Origin: Leucoraja ocellata
Lineage: Eukaryota
DNA: 64,000 nucleotides
Assembly (NCBI GenBank): GCA_036785375.1
Contig: JAWMAR010000419.1
Span: 558,001 to 622,000, forward strand
Direction: 5' to 3'
Shown: in pieces, positions 14,278 to 27,062 of the stretch
Layout: each line of letters opens with the position of its first letter
Numbering within the stretch: the stretch's first letter is position 1
Notes under the pieces: generated by a model
The model's input: only the letters and a program-made list of their open reading frames with translations
Database searches by the model: none
What the model was told of the DNA's origin: nothing
Translations under genes and position numbers: made by a program

Positions 14278-14650
14278 CAAAGATTCTATAGTGGAGCAAG
14301 ATAGACCACTCCTTCTAAATGCAATGGACCGACATGTAGTACGCAACGGAGCGGAACATGGGCCTTTTTTTCATCCATTTCCATAACCAGACCCGCAGTG
14401 TAATCAGCTTTGCGGGGGAACAGTTTGTGTTAATAAATTATAATTCTGAAGGCGAGGAGAAGATTTTTCCCAAGTAACTTTTACGAGGATGTTTCCGTAA
14501 CTGGCTTCCGTCTCCCCACTAGTATCCTATGGGATCTTTGGTGCGGAGACGGAAGCCGGTTACAGAAATGGGGCCGAAAATGACCCATGAATCTGCCCAT
14601 GACCGTCTTTTGTGTCGAGTGATCTATCTTGCTTGCTATAGGATCTTTTG
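14278..14650. mobile_element. MITE with ~34-bp TIRs and internal palindrome
   Basis: CAAAGATTCTATAGTGGAGCAAGATAGACCACTC / GAGTGATCTATCTTGCTTGCTATAGGATCTTTTG; inner inverted repeat ~14492-14568. Confidence 0.7.
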
Positions 14651-14865
14651 ACAAAAGTGCTGGAGAAACTCAGCGGGTGCGGCAGCATCTATGGAGCGAA
14701 GGAAATAGGCAACGTTTCGGGCCGAAGCCCTTCTTCAGACGGCCCGAAATTCTGCCCGAAACATTGCCTATTTCCTTCGTTCCATAGATGCTGCTGCACC
14801 CACTGAGTTTCTCCAGCACTTTTGTATACTTTCGATTTTCCAGCATCAGCAGTTCCTTCTTGAAC
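14651..14865. repeat. Penelope-derived fold-back repeat
   Basis: ~70-bp inverted arms; hammerhead-like core on minus strand. Confidence 0.8.
14711..14738 (-). ncRNA. Minimal hammerhead ribozyme core (candidate)
   Basis: CTGAAGA-A-GGGC-TTCG-GCCC-GAAAC-GTT: conserved CUGANGA/GAAA core, perfect stem II with UUCG loop, palindromic helix III. Confidence 0.6.
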
Positions 14866-15084
14866 AGATGATGCTGAACCAGTCTCGCTAATGGACAGAC
14901 GCTCTCACTCCTGCAAGGAGCCATCAACATCAAGATAGACACAAAATGCTGGAGTACAGGAGATCAGGCACATCTCTGGAGAAAAGGAATGGGTGATGTT
15001 TCAGGTCAAGACCCGACCTTTTGGGCCAGATTAGGAGTCTGAAGAAGGGTCTCGACCCAAAACGACACCTATTCCTTTCTGTTA

Positions 15085-15312
<228 letters not shown>

Positions 15313-15562
15313 TCAGTCTACTTTACATTTGGTCAAAATAGTTATCTCAAAGGGAATCACAGTTTTGATGTTTAGAGATCTCATGTTCAACATTTGCTGT
15401 GTTACCGAACAGCTGCTCTGAGTGAGAATTGTCAGGGTGTAGTTTTCAGTGGTTGCATTAGCACAAATGGTTCCCAACCCTGATCATTGCAGATAAACTC
15501 CTGTGCAAGAATTAGCTTTAACGTCAAACGGTAAATTGTAGCAATTTTACTTTTTTTTTGTA

Positions 15563-15812
15563 GTTCAGCGCCGACCAACAATCCCCGCACACTAACACTA
15601 CCCTACACACACTAGGGACAATTTACACATACACCAAGCCAATTAACCGACAAACTTGTACGTCTTTGGAGTGTGGGAGGAAACTGAAGATCTCGGAGAA
15701 AACCCACACGGTCACAGGGAGAACCTACAAACTCCATACAGACAGCACCCGTAGACGGGATTGAACCCGGGTCTCTTGCGCTGTAAGGCAGAAACTCACC
15801 TGCTATGCCACC
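15563..15812 (-). mobile_element. V-SINE (HE1-like)
   Basis: reverse-complement match to family. Confidence 0.78.
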
Positions 15813-15989
15813 CGAGCAATAGGAAATAAAACTCAAATACATTTAAAGCTTGCTTCCCATGCCAATTGCAAAATGATATACAGAAAACACAATGGTAAGA
15901 GTCGAGCCCCAAAGAGGGAGAACAAATTTCAGGCATAAGACTAAAGCATCCTAAGCTCTGACATCAAGACTGCAAAGTGCACTACTTAC

Positions 15990-16087
15990 TGTGAAAAGAT
16001 GTCATCATGAGAACCTTGACGGCCTTCCTTCAAACCCTCTTCACCATACATATCATACTGTTTCCTCTTCTCTTCATCAGACAAAAC
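15990..16087 (-). CDS. DNAJB11: DNAJB11 exon 3
   Basis: [33 protein letters not shown]; 98 nt, AG/GTAAGT. Confidence 0.96.
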
Positions 16088-19000
16088 CTATTCAAGTATA
16101 GATAACACTGATCAATAGATTGTTTAACATTTAGCCTACATATGCACAGCTAAAGTGGAAACCAAAAAGGAAAATTGTAATTCAGGCTTGTCATAAATGA
16201 GACAGATTAATTCACATTAAACATCATTTTCAGCACTTCATAAGCCCTCAGAACTCTGAAAATATTCATCTATGATTAACCATCTAGGTTAATGGAAATT
16301 GAAACAAAGACCATCCTTCTCCAATTCAAAGCATAGTTTTTATTTGAATTTGCACTTTCTCAAGAAAAGGTTGCTTTCTAAAACATCCTTTAAGAATGTA
16401 AAAAAAAAATTCAAACCAATAAAAAAAGGTAAACTTAAAAAAAAATAAAAAATGCTGGCATGACTTCTATACAATCCTGTTCTCCTCTCAGGCACATGAT
16501 GTGATTCATTTTGTAGATGTTCTGATACCAAAGGTGTAATTAAAGGTGCAATGCAAACACAAATGCATTTTTACAAACAAAACACAAAATGCGGGAGTAA
16601 CTCTGCGAGTCAGGCAGCATCCGTTGGGGGAAAGGGCAGGCAACATTTTGGGTCGAGACCCTTGTTCAGGCCAATTGAAGGGTCCCAACCCAAATTCTCA
16701 CCCGCCCATTCCCTCCGCAGATGCTGCCTGACCCACTGAGTTATTCCAACACTCGAGTGCTTTGCTCAAGGTTCCAGCATCTGCAGTTCCTTGTGTGTCT
16801 GCTTTTTATACAGGCAGGTACCTTCAAAGATTGTCCTGTAGAATAATTAATTCATTGTATAGTATTGGTACTTGTGTGTCATTGTTGGGGGAGTCCAGAA
16901 CCAGGGGCCACAGTTTAAGAATAAGGAGTAAGCCATTTAGAATGGAGACGAGCAAATACTTTTTCTCATAGAGAGTTGTGAGTCTGTGGAATTCTCTGCC
17001 TCAGAGGGCAGTAGATGCAGGTTCTCTGGATGCTTTCAAGAGAGCTAGATAGGGCTCTTAAAAATAGTGGAGTCAGGGGATATGGGGAGAAGGCAGGAAT
17101 GGGGTACTGATTTGGGATGATCAGCCATGATCACATTGAATGGTGGTGCTGGCTCGAAGGGCAAAATGGCCAACTGCTGCACCTATTGTCTATTGTATGC
17201 ATACTAACATCCAACATTTTTCTCATGCGTGAACTATTGTCTATTGATCGACACAAAATGCTGGAGTAACTCAGCAGGTGAGGCAGCATCTCGGGAGAGA
17301 ATGAATGGGCGACATTTCGGGTCGAGACCCTTTTGAAGAACCAGCATCTGCAGTTCTTTCTTACGTCTATTGTCTAATACTTAGGCTGAGCTTCCTGCCA
17401 TTAACTCTCACCCCACTCTCATTGGGTGGGGCTGGCAAGTTTGTTTGAAAACTAAAAACAGCTGAACATGGTACAGCTCGGGCATCATTATTAAAAAATA
17501 ATAATGTTTGTCATCATTTCCTCAGAACTAGATATCAGAATTTAAATTTGAAATGACAAGAATAGGTTAAAAAATGGCCAGAGAAAATGAGGATATTCAA
17601 AAGCAATTGTTTGCAGAACATTAAATTAATTGAATATTACTGGGAGACAAGTGAATAGGCATAACATTACAAAATGCATTTTTTTTTTAAATGAGGAACA
17701 TGAACTATTTAGTAGGGGGGGGGGGGGTGGTGGAAATTAGTGTCAGGTGGAGTCATCTACAGGACCCCGAAAACCTACTATAAATTCCCAACATATATAT
17801 ATATATATTATATATACACATATACATATACATATATATATAAAAAATCAAGGGCGAGTCAGAGTCTAACTATCAAATTGCTTCTACATCTCAATCTTAG
17901 AAATCCAGTCCCTCTCTCAAATACAATTCCATGTCACCAGAACAGAAACTACACCTAGTTAATATTGACTTGACGATTATTAGACCTTGATGCCAAATGG
18001 TTGCAAAATGCTTTGAGAACAATGAGTTGTTAATTAATTTCACATGGTTCAAATGAAGTGAAGTGCCGACAAAGAGAGGGACAGAGACTTGAAAATGACA
18101 AGTAGCAGTTTTAGCCGTTACCGAATGTGTTCAGAGTTACTAATGCAGGAGATCCCACAATAGGCAATGTAGAATTACCAATGGAAAGGTATTGGCTTGA
18201 AATCTTGGCTGTTTACCAGTCTCGGGCATTTTATATTGCTATATCATATTTCACTTTTGAATGCAGATTTATATTAAACAAGGATTTGGGGATAGTTCAA
18301 GGTCACTATATATACACACACACACAAGTTCTTTCCTCACCAACCTAAATAGAGCTCATGCAAAACCGCTTTTTCCATGAGAGTAGTGTTCTGGATCCTG
18401 AGCAGGTGGTGAAGTTGTAAATGTTGCCTCGCACAAGCTTGCCCGAAGGTAGTGGGCATGTTGTTTTATTTAGTCAAACACGTACACAGAAGCCTTTGGA
18501 GGCCAGGTCAATGGATATTTTTAAAGCAGAGATAAATAGATTCTTGATTAGTACAGGTATCAGGGGTTATGTGGAGAAGGCAGGAGACTGGGGTTGAGAG
18601 GGAGAGATGGATCAGCCATGATTGAATGGCAGAGTAGACTTGATGGGCCGAATGGCCTAATTCTGCTTCTATCACATGTACAGGAACTGTAAACCATTTT
18701 TTGAACTACGATAAGTTAGCTTGAAATACGGACCTGGTCTACAGAATGCTCATTAAGAAAGGTAGTACTACTTAAAAGAGATTGTTTCAAGAAAGAAGCT
18801 TACATTTATTCAAACGTTAAGGCACCATTATTAGTTTGGACAACTACAAAGAGGTGATTAAAACAGTATGAACACTGGAAGTAGCTCACATCAGCTGCTC
18901 ATTCTGTTGGTTTAAATTATAGTGAGCGCCCTTTCACCTCCTCACCAGTAGCCAATGAACACTAGCCACACATTCTCCCGACTTGTCATCATCACAATTC

Positions 19001-19165
19001 AGAACTAAAAAAAAGTGACTCGAAGACTTCACATGGAAACGGCGAGAATACACCTTCAGTCAAATTTAACCCCGAACACAGCTTTTACACACACTCGCTG
19101 CCCTTTCTGCCCCCCCTCCCACCCCAAAAAACCCCGACACATACTCTCCACGCCGAGCTCCGTAC

Positions 19166-19322
19166 CTCATAAGCAGCCCCCAAATCATGGAACTTGTCCT
19201 GCGCCGCCGGATCGTCCGGGTTTCTATCGGGGTGCAGCTGTAAGGCCAGTTTGCGATAAGCCTTCTTGACATCCTTCACCGAGGCGCTCTTAGAAACCCC
19301 CAGAATCTTGTAGAAATCCCGC
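19166..19322 (-). CDS. DNAJB11: DNAJB11 exon 2, J-domain (HPD)
   Basis: [52 protein letters not shown]; AG/GT boundaries, 157 nt. Confidence 0.97.
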
Positions 19323-19481
19323 CTGTCTCACAAAAAAAGACACAAATTGCACACACGAGTAAAATAACACAACAGCCCATTCCTTTGCTGGATTGATGAG
19401 ACACGCTGTAATCCATGTAATGTTTTTTACTGATACAAAAGACTAAGTAATAAGTGGACAGACAGGGGCCGACGGTGCCTA

Positions 19482-19600
19482 TTGCCATTGAGAGAAGGTG
19501 GAAGGTGTAGCAATCCCGGGTGAGAATGTATCAACGTTCTAATGCCATTGAGAGAAGGTGGGAGCTGTAACAATCCCGGGTGAGAAATGTAGCAATGTTC
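19482..19600. repeat. 60-bp tandem duplication in DNAJB11 intron 1
   Basis: TGCCATTGAGAGAAGGTGG...CAATCCCGGGTGAGAA x2. Confidence 0.8.
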
Positions 19601-19619
19601 TCCCCGGCCGGGACCCTCA

Positions 19620-19880
19620 CTCACTCACCCGGACAGCACCTCTCCGCTCAGGCACATCAACACCACGCAGACCGAGCGCAGGCCCACCGCCATGCTGCCC
19701 TCTTTCCCCCTCCGTCCTTCCTCCCTTCCTCCGCTGCACAAGTTGCTCGTTGCGAGCGGCAACTACCGGCAGAAGGACGTCAACAGCATCACCGCTTCCT
19801 CATGGCGGACGCCCTCACTATGGGAGGAGCCCAGAGCCGACGCCAATTTGCAAACGAGTGTTATGTGCCCGTTAGCTCTT
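19620..19880 (-). promoter_or_regulatory. CpG-rich DNAJB11 promoter/5'UTR
   Basis: CpG-rich segment around the ATG exon; TGACGT core (~19777-19782, minus), CCAAT at 19843, YY1-like CCGCCAT. Confidence 0.6.
19629..19693 (-). CDS. DNAJB11: DNAJB11 (ERdj3) coding exon 1, signal peptide
   Basis: ATG at 19693; MAVGLRSVCVVLMCLSGEVLSG hydrophobic signal peptide; donor GG|GTGAGT, phase 2 fits exon 2. Confidence 0.9.
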
Positions 19881-21742
19881 CTGGTGCGTGATTTCAATAA
19901 CCCAAAACACGCAGGGAGAATAATACTGGATCATTTCACTTTGGGTCGTCAAATGTATGTTTCTTTAAACAAGCGATAACAAGTTGAATCACAATAAGTT
20001 TAATTCAACTATCCAAAATATAACGCGTTCAGTATATGAGGAGAATCCAAATGAGAATATTTATGACCTTGTATAAATATGTGGTTAATATTTTACCCTT
20101 TATCACTTTTAATCCTGTAACATGTCGCTCTATTTCTGGAAAATTGAAAATACTACCAAAAAATAAAACTTTGAAGGAAGTCAAATAAATTGAAGCTTCA
20201 GACATGATGAATAATCAAGTTTATGATTATTATTCTGGAAAAGAATGAGTGTAGGCATGATGGAGTGAATATTCGTGCTTTCTGGAGATGGTCACCTGCT
20301 TATTACAGTTATATTACTTAACTTTTATTGTCACCCTGGGTATTTGCTATTGTCACATTATGGAATTATCACACCATTATTTCCACCCAATTCCATTGGC
20401 TTTGCTATCCTTTTCACCTTGTTAACCATGTTTTTGTTAATTTCACCATGCTAACTACTTATTTGTCCTTGTCCTTCATCATTTCTGTTTGTTATCTTAT
20501 TGCAACATTATGAAGTATCTTGGAAGATTATGTAATTTTTTGACGCACAATATAAATTATGTTTATTTGATTCATAAAAGCAATTTTGGTTGTGACGTTA
20601 AGTGGACATTAAAGTAAGATTTGATTTATAAACAAAATTATAATTTTGCTTTTACCCACATTTGTGCCGTGGGTGGTTCAATTGTCGTGATGAGAAAGTA
20701 TGATTGCGCCAGAAAAAAAGACTGAAATTATTTAGGCAGTTTGTAAACATCTCCAAAAAGGTGTTTTGGTTTTGAGTTGTGAGCCCTTAACAGTACATTG
20801 ATATATGTACACATTTCCAGAATTTATGCTATTAAGTTAACATTTTAAAGTTTATATAACAGAGCATGGCATAGGGACAGGTCCTTCGGCCCACAATATC
20901 TGCTTCGACCATGATGCCAAATTAGAATTATATCTGCCTGCCTGTGGTCTATACCTCTCCCTTCTCTGCCTTTTCATGTGGCTGAACAAATGCCTTTTAA
21001 ATATTGCTATCAATTCTGCTTCTACCATATCCTCTAGCAGCACGCTCCAGGCACCTATCACTCTCTGTAAAAAAACATTCCTCGTAAATCCCCTTTAAAC
21101 TTCTCCCCTCTCTTCTTAAAGCTATGCCATTCTGCATTTGATATTTCCAACCTTTGATAAATACTCTGGCTATCCATCCTGTCTATGCTTCTCATAATTT
21201 TATATACTTCTGTCAGGTCACCCCTCAACCACTGACCTTCTAGAGAAAACAAACTAAATGTGTCCAAACTCTCCTTTTAGCTACTACCCTCGTCTAATCC
21301 AAGCAACATCTTGATGAACCTCTTCAGGGTGCAAGGCAACCAAATTCAAGTGCAGTTTCTTGCCACTTCAAGCAGGGTGCAAGACCATCAAATTCAGGTG
21401 CAGTTTCATACCATTTCAAGCAGGGTGCAAGGCCACTAAAGACAGCGAGTCGTGACCTCTCCATCTTGCAGAGACCGAGCCATGTCCACACTTCTGGGTT
21501 TTATAGTCCCTCCCCCTCCCACCAGAAGGGGCATGGCCTTCATGGCATGATTGACAGGAGAGAAAATCTCAACATTTTTTAAACACTAATAACTCTTTTA
21601 TTTTTCATCGATGGGAAAAATCCTTGGCACTTATTGAGAGGAGGGGAACTCCAAGTAAGATGGCCAAACATCTCAGCCGTACATGGTAGCGTTTTTACTA
21701 AAATTAATGCAAAGAGCAAACAGGAAGTGGTCAAGATTAGAC

Positions 21743-22231
21743 GTAGAAACATAGAAACATAGAAAATAGGTGCAGGAGTAGGCCATTCGGCCCTTCGAGC
21801 CTGCACCACCATTCAATATGATCATGGCTGATCATCCAACTCAGTATCCTGTACCTGCCTTCTCTCCATACCCCCTGATCCCTTTAGCCACAAGGGCCAC
21901 ATATAACTCCCTCTTAAATATAGCCAATGAACTGGCCTCAACTACCTTCTGTGGCAGAGAATTCCAGAGAATTACCACTCTCTGTGCAAAAAATGTTTTC
22001 CTCACTATCGGTCCTAAAATATTTCCCCCTTATCCTTAAACTGTGACCCCTTGTTCTGGACTTCCCCAACATCGGGAACAATCTTGCTGCATCTAGTCTG
22101 TCCAACCCCTTAAGAATTTTGTAAGTTTCTATAAGATCCCCCCTCAATCTTCTAAATTCTAGCGAGTCCAAGCCGAGTCTATCCAGTCTTTCTTCATATG
22201 AAAGTCCTGACATCCCAGGAATCAGTCTGGT
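21743..22231 (-). mobile_element. CR1 3' fragment inserted in Helitron
   Basis: ORF2 C-term RLIPGMSGLSYEERL; TSD ATTAGAC at 21736-42 and 22232-38. Confidence 0.9.
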
Positions 22232-22312
22232 ATTAGACTTTGAATTATATAGAGGGCAAGGCAACTTTAATTAGGCAAGGCAACTTTAATTAGGTAAGGC
22301 AACTTTATTTAG

Positions 22313-23180
22313 TACAAGATACAAGATACGAGATAGATTTAATTGTCACGTGTGCCAGATGGCACAGTGAAATGAATTCCCATACAGCCATACAATAAAA
22401 ATAAACAGGACTCAACACACTATAGAATTCAACACAAAACATCCCCACACAGCAGAACCAAAGTTTCCCACTGTGTGGGAAGGCACCAAAGTCAGTCTTC
22501 TCCCTCCACTGTTCCCCATGGTCAGGGTCTCCCCAAGCCCTCCGCAGTTGCAGCTACGGGCGGCCCGATGACCAGGACCGCTTGCTGGGATGATACCAGT
22601 CCGACGTCGGGGCTGCGGGACGTCCTCAGTGGCGTGGACACCAGAGTCGGCCCCCTCCTACCGGAGTCGGTGGCTTCCAATATCCGTAGGCCGCGCCGGG
22701 CGGAGACTGCCGCTGTAGACCCTCTGCAAGGCGCCCCAGGACTCCACGATGACGGTCAGCCCCGCCCGCGTTGGAAGCTCTCCGCACCAGAGCTCCACGA
22801 TGTTGGAGCAACGGTCCAACGCTACGGAGCTCCAAACGGCGACCCAGGTGGGCATCGCCCGCTCCGCAGTGACTCCAGCGCTGCGCCGCCGCTGTAGCAG
22901 CCCTGGTCCGGTTCCCGGTCCCCGGCAGGAAAGGCCGCTCCGATCCAGCTGGTAGGCCGCGAGGTGGGGGGGCGAGGACGCGACTCGGAGAAATAGTCGC
23001 GTCCCCGCCTGGAAGAGACTAGGAAATGGTTTCCCCCTTACCCTGCCCCCCTCCCCCACATAGAAAAGTTAAAGTTTCCCCCTAAAACAGATTTTAGACT
23101 AACTAAAAATAATAAAAAAGATAGAAATGACATACAGGCTGTAGGTAGAGGCTGCTGCCAGTGCAGCGCCCCTAGTGGTC
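22313..23180 (-). mobile_element. GC-rich non-coding retroposon with Rex1/L2-type tail
   Basis: 17-bp TSD AAGGCAACTTTATTTAG (22296-312 and 23181-97); short tandem-repeat tail (TCTTGTA)n. Confidence 0.8.
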
Positions 23181-26100
23181 AAGGCAACTTTATTTAGGCA
23201 ACACAGCTTTAGCATTTCCAAACCAAAGGCAACACAGCTTTAGCATTTCCAAACCAAAGGCAACACACCTTTAGCATTTCCAAACCAAAGGCAACACAGC
23301 TTTATTATTTACTATAAACTATATTTTCAAACCACATTAAGGGCACTGACAGATCAGTAAAACCACTCACAGTTTAGTAGACATGTGTTCAATGTTATTC
23401 ACAGCTCTGACTGAGAGACGTGACCCTCTCGCTCCCCCACCTTGCAGGGACTGACTGAGGCACTCAACAATTCCGGGTTTTATAGTCCCTCTGGAAGGGG
23501 CGTGGCCCTCAGGAGAGAGAATCTCAACATTTTTTAAACACTAATAACTCTTTTATTTTTCATCGATGGGAAAAATCCTCTTGTCCTGCGCAGCAGAAGG
23601 GGACATTGAGTAAGATGGCCAAAAATCACAGCTGTAAGTGGCAGTGTTTTTTCTAAACTCAATATACAGAACAACAGGAAGTGGTCAAGTTCACACTTTT
23701 AGTAATATAGATATTATGACTAATGACAAGTGAAATAATTAATACCCATGTAGTAGATGATAGTTGGAGGAAAACATATATTCAAGGACGAAGCCTATTT
23801 TCGTAGTTGTATCCAACAAAAAATATAAGTTGTTTACTGCACAGTATAACTGTCGGCTAATTCTGCTGTAAAGTCAGAGAACTGATGAGCAGTTAACAGC
23901 TCTCCATGATATCATGCAATAACGTCTCTTGAAGCAAACCTCAAAGTCTCAATTTTTCCTTTAATTTCCCTCTGTCAATTTCTTCCACATGCACACATAT
24001 GTGCCCATAAAAAAATTAATGATAGTGCAATAATAATTAATAGTCTATGAGGTTCAGAGCTTAATGGAGATTGTAGTGTTTAATAGCCTGATGACTGTCG
24101 GGAAGAAGCTGTTCTTGAATCTGGATGTTACAGTTTTCAAGCTCCTGTACTTTCTTCCCAATGGCAGGGATGGAATGTGGCCAATGGTGATGTGGGTCTC
24201 TGATGATGCTGGCTGACTTTTTGAGGCAGCATCTCCAATAAATCTACTTGTGTTCCCACGTTTAGGGATTATGGACTTGCACCCCGAGATCCATCTGTAC
24301 ATCAAAGGGTCATGTCATTTAAGTGTTTAATTGTCATATGCACTGAAACAATGAAATTCTTCCTTGCAGCAGCAAAACAGCTCTAACTACTGAAGTGAAT
24401 AATAAAACAAACATTAAAAAGTTAAATTTAAAAAAAATGATTGCATCCCCCAATGAGTTATTGGGGCAGTAGCAGTCTGTAGTTGATCCAGGTTGTTGCT
24501 ATGAGTTAATGTGCGCCATAACCATCCCCTCAAAGCACTTCATCACCAAGGGCGTTAAGTGCCACCAGTTGGTGGTCAATGTATACTTTCCTCTCACATT
24601 TGACCTCCCAAATAGCAACATCTCACACTTGTCCATATTAATCTCCATCTGCCATTTCTCTGCCCATATTTACACCTGCTCTATATCATAGAAACATAGA
24701 AAATAGGTGCAGGAGGAGGCCATTCGGCCCTTCGAGCCAGCACTGCCATTCATTGTGATCATGGCTGATCGTCCCCTATCAATAACCCGTGCCTGCCTTC
24801 TCCCCATATCCCTGGACTCCACTAGCCCCTAGAGCTAATCTAACTCTCTCTTAAATCCATCCAGTGATTTGGACTCCACTGCCCTCTGTGGCAGGGAATT
24901 CCATATATTCACAACTCTCTGGGTGAAAACGTTTTTTCTCACCTCAGTCTTAAATGACCTCCCCTTTATTCTAAGACTGTGGCCCCCGGTTCTGGACTCG
25001 CCCAACATTGGGAACATTTTTCCTGCATCTAGCTTGTCCAGTCCTTTTATAATTTTATATGTTTCTATAAGATAACCCCTCATCCTTCTAAACTCCAGTG
25101 AATACAAGCCTAGTCTTTTGAATCTTTCTTCCAAGCTCTCTAAAGTCACGCTGAATTCTTTGACAACCTTCCTCACCATCAACAACTCTGCCAATTTTTG
25201 TGTTGGCTGCAAACTTACAAACCTGAAGAAGGATTCCGACCCGAAACGTCATCTCCATTTTCTCCAGAGATGCTGCCTGACCCACTGAGTTACTAGAGCA
25301 TTTTATATCTATCCTTACTAATCATCCACATCATTCCATCAAGATCCCAGCACTGATCCTTGTGGAACACTGCTGGTCACAGACGTCCACCACAACCCTC
25401 TGTCTTCTATGGCCAAGCCAATTTTGAAACCTATCTATCAAGTCTTCATGAATCCCCTGCGTTTTAATCTTCTGCATTAACCTCCCATATTATACCTCGT
25501 CGAAAGCTTTTCTCAGCTTGGATACAGTATCCACTGCCCTATCCTCATCAATTATCTTCATCACCTAAACAAAGTGGATCTACCCCGCATAAAGTCATAC
25601 GGAATATTCCTAATGTCTATGCTTTTCCAGATATGAGTTGATCCTATCCCAAGAAATATTTGCCAGTAATTTCCCTACCACTGACATTAGGCCTATAATT
25701 TCCTACTTGGTCTTTACTGTCCTTACGATACGATAGAATTTTATTTATCCCAGGAGGGAAATTGATCTGCCAACAGTCATAAAACACAAGTTACATGACA
25801 TTAAAGTGACGAGTGGAAAGGATTGGGGATGTGCAAAGAATGGGGAGGAGGGGAGTCAGTCTACCCAACGACAGAAGACATATATCTTGTGTTTTATGAC
25901 TGTTGGCAGATCAAACACTGTGTCATATTGTAAGAAGGACAGTAAAGACAAAGTAAGCAATTATAGGCCTTAATGCAGTGGTAGGGAAATTATTGGAGAA
26001 GATTTCTTGGGATAGAATCTACTCGCGTCTGGAACGGACTTAAACAGATGAATAATATTGGCCATGTGTAGGAAGGAACTGATGATGCTGATTTACACCG

Positions 26101-26222
26101 AAGATAGGCATATATTGCTGGAGTAACTCAAGGGGACAGGCAGCATCTCTGGATAGAATTAATATGCGACCTTTCGGGTCGAGACCCTTCTTAAGAAGTC
26201 TCGACCCAAAACATTACCCATT

Positions 26223-27062
26223 AGGGTGGGCGGCGCGACTCACGTCGCAGCGGCCTCTGCAGTCCGTCTGTTGTTTTTTTATTTTTTGTCTCATTGTATG
26301 TAGTTTTTATTTTTTTTTAAACTGGGTATGTGTGTGGGGGGCGGGGGGTGGGAGGTGAAACTTTTTTAAATCTTTCCCCTGCATGGAGAACCCGACCTTT
26401 TCCCTGTCGGGTCTCCGTTGTCGTTGGGGCCGAGCACCATGGAGCGGCCTCCAACCGGAACCACCTGGGGCTCCAGTTGTGGAGCCTGCGGACTTACCCA
26501 CCATCGTGGAGCTGGCTGAGTTCGGAGCGGGTGGAGCTGTGGGGGCGAGCGGCTGCGGCCCGACCCAGGAGATTCGGGGGCTCCAGCCGCTGGCCCGGTG
26601 GACGGTGACACCGGGAGCCCGCGGTGTCCCTGCTGGGAGACCGCTTTCCAGGGCTTCCGCAACGGCGACTTCTCCCACCCGAGTTGCGGGGTTGAGGATG
26701 ACCTGGAGCGGGGCCTTACATCGCCCGGCGTGGCTTTAATTGGCCGCGGGACTTGTTAGCGCACGCCGGGGGCTCCAACACCAAGACCAGGAGTGCGGCC
26801 TTGCATCACCCGGCGCGGCTTTATAATTGCCGCGGGACTTATTTACCATCGCCCGCCGGGGGCTTTGACTCTGACATCGGGAGGAGAACGAGGAGTGCAG
26901 GGGAGAGATAAGACTTTGCCTTCCATCACAGTGAGGAGGAGATTCACTGTGATGGATGTTTGTGTAAATTGTGTTGTGTCTTGGTTCTTCTTCTTGTTTG
27001 TATGACTGCAGAAACCAAATTTAGTTTGAACCTCTGGGTTCAAATGACAACAAATAAATTGT
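26223..27062 (+). mobile_element. GC-rich non-coding retroposon, same architecture as 22313-23180
   Basis: splits a Penelope-derived repeat (acccatt|ccttctctccagag); subterminal hairpin; tail ATGACAACAAATAAA. Confidence 0.75.

Larger units (their letters stand above)
21325..23711 (-). mobile_element. Two tandem Helitron-like 5' ends with short internal repeats, carrying nested insertions
   Basis: 5' ends at ~22252 and 23711 (A|TCTATATTACTAAAAG); GGCAAC-containing tandem repeats; nested CR1 and GC-rich retroposon. Confidence 0.65.

Noticed and set aside
19800-20100. Canonical ERSE (CCAAT-N9-CCACG) in the DNAJB11 promoter
   Set aside because: CCAAT at 19843 lacks a correctly spaced CCACG
23163-23180. 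CTCF-like motif CCACTAGGGGCGC at the retroposon 5' end
   Set aside because: One G short of the core spacing; not supportable without binding data
22475-27043. Many overlapping 70-140 aa ORFs in GC-rich blocks
   Set aside because: Expected from stop-poor GC-rich repeat DNA; no domain or splice support
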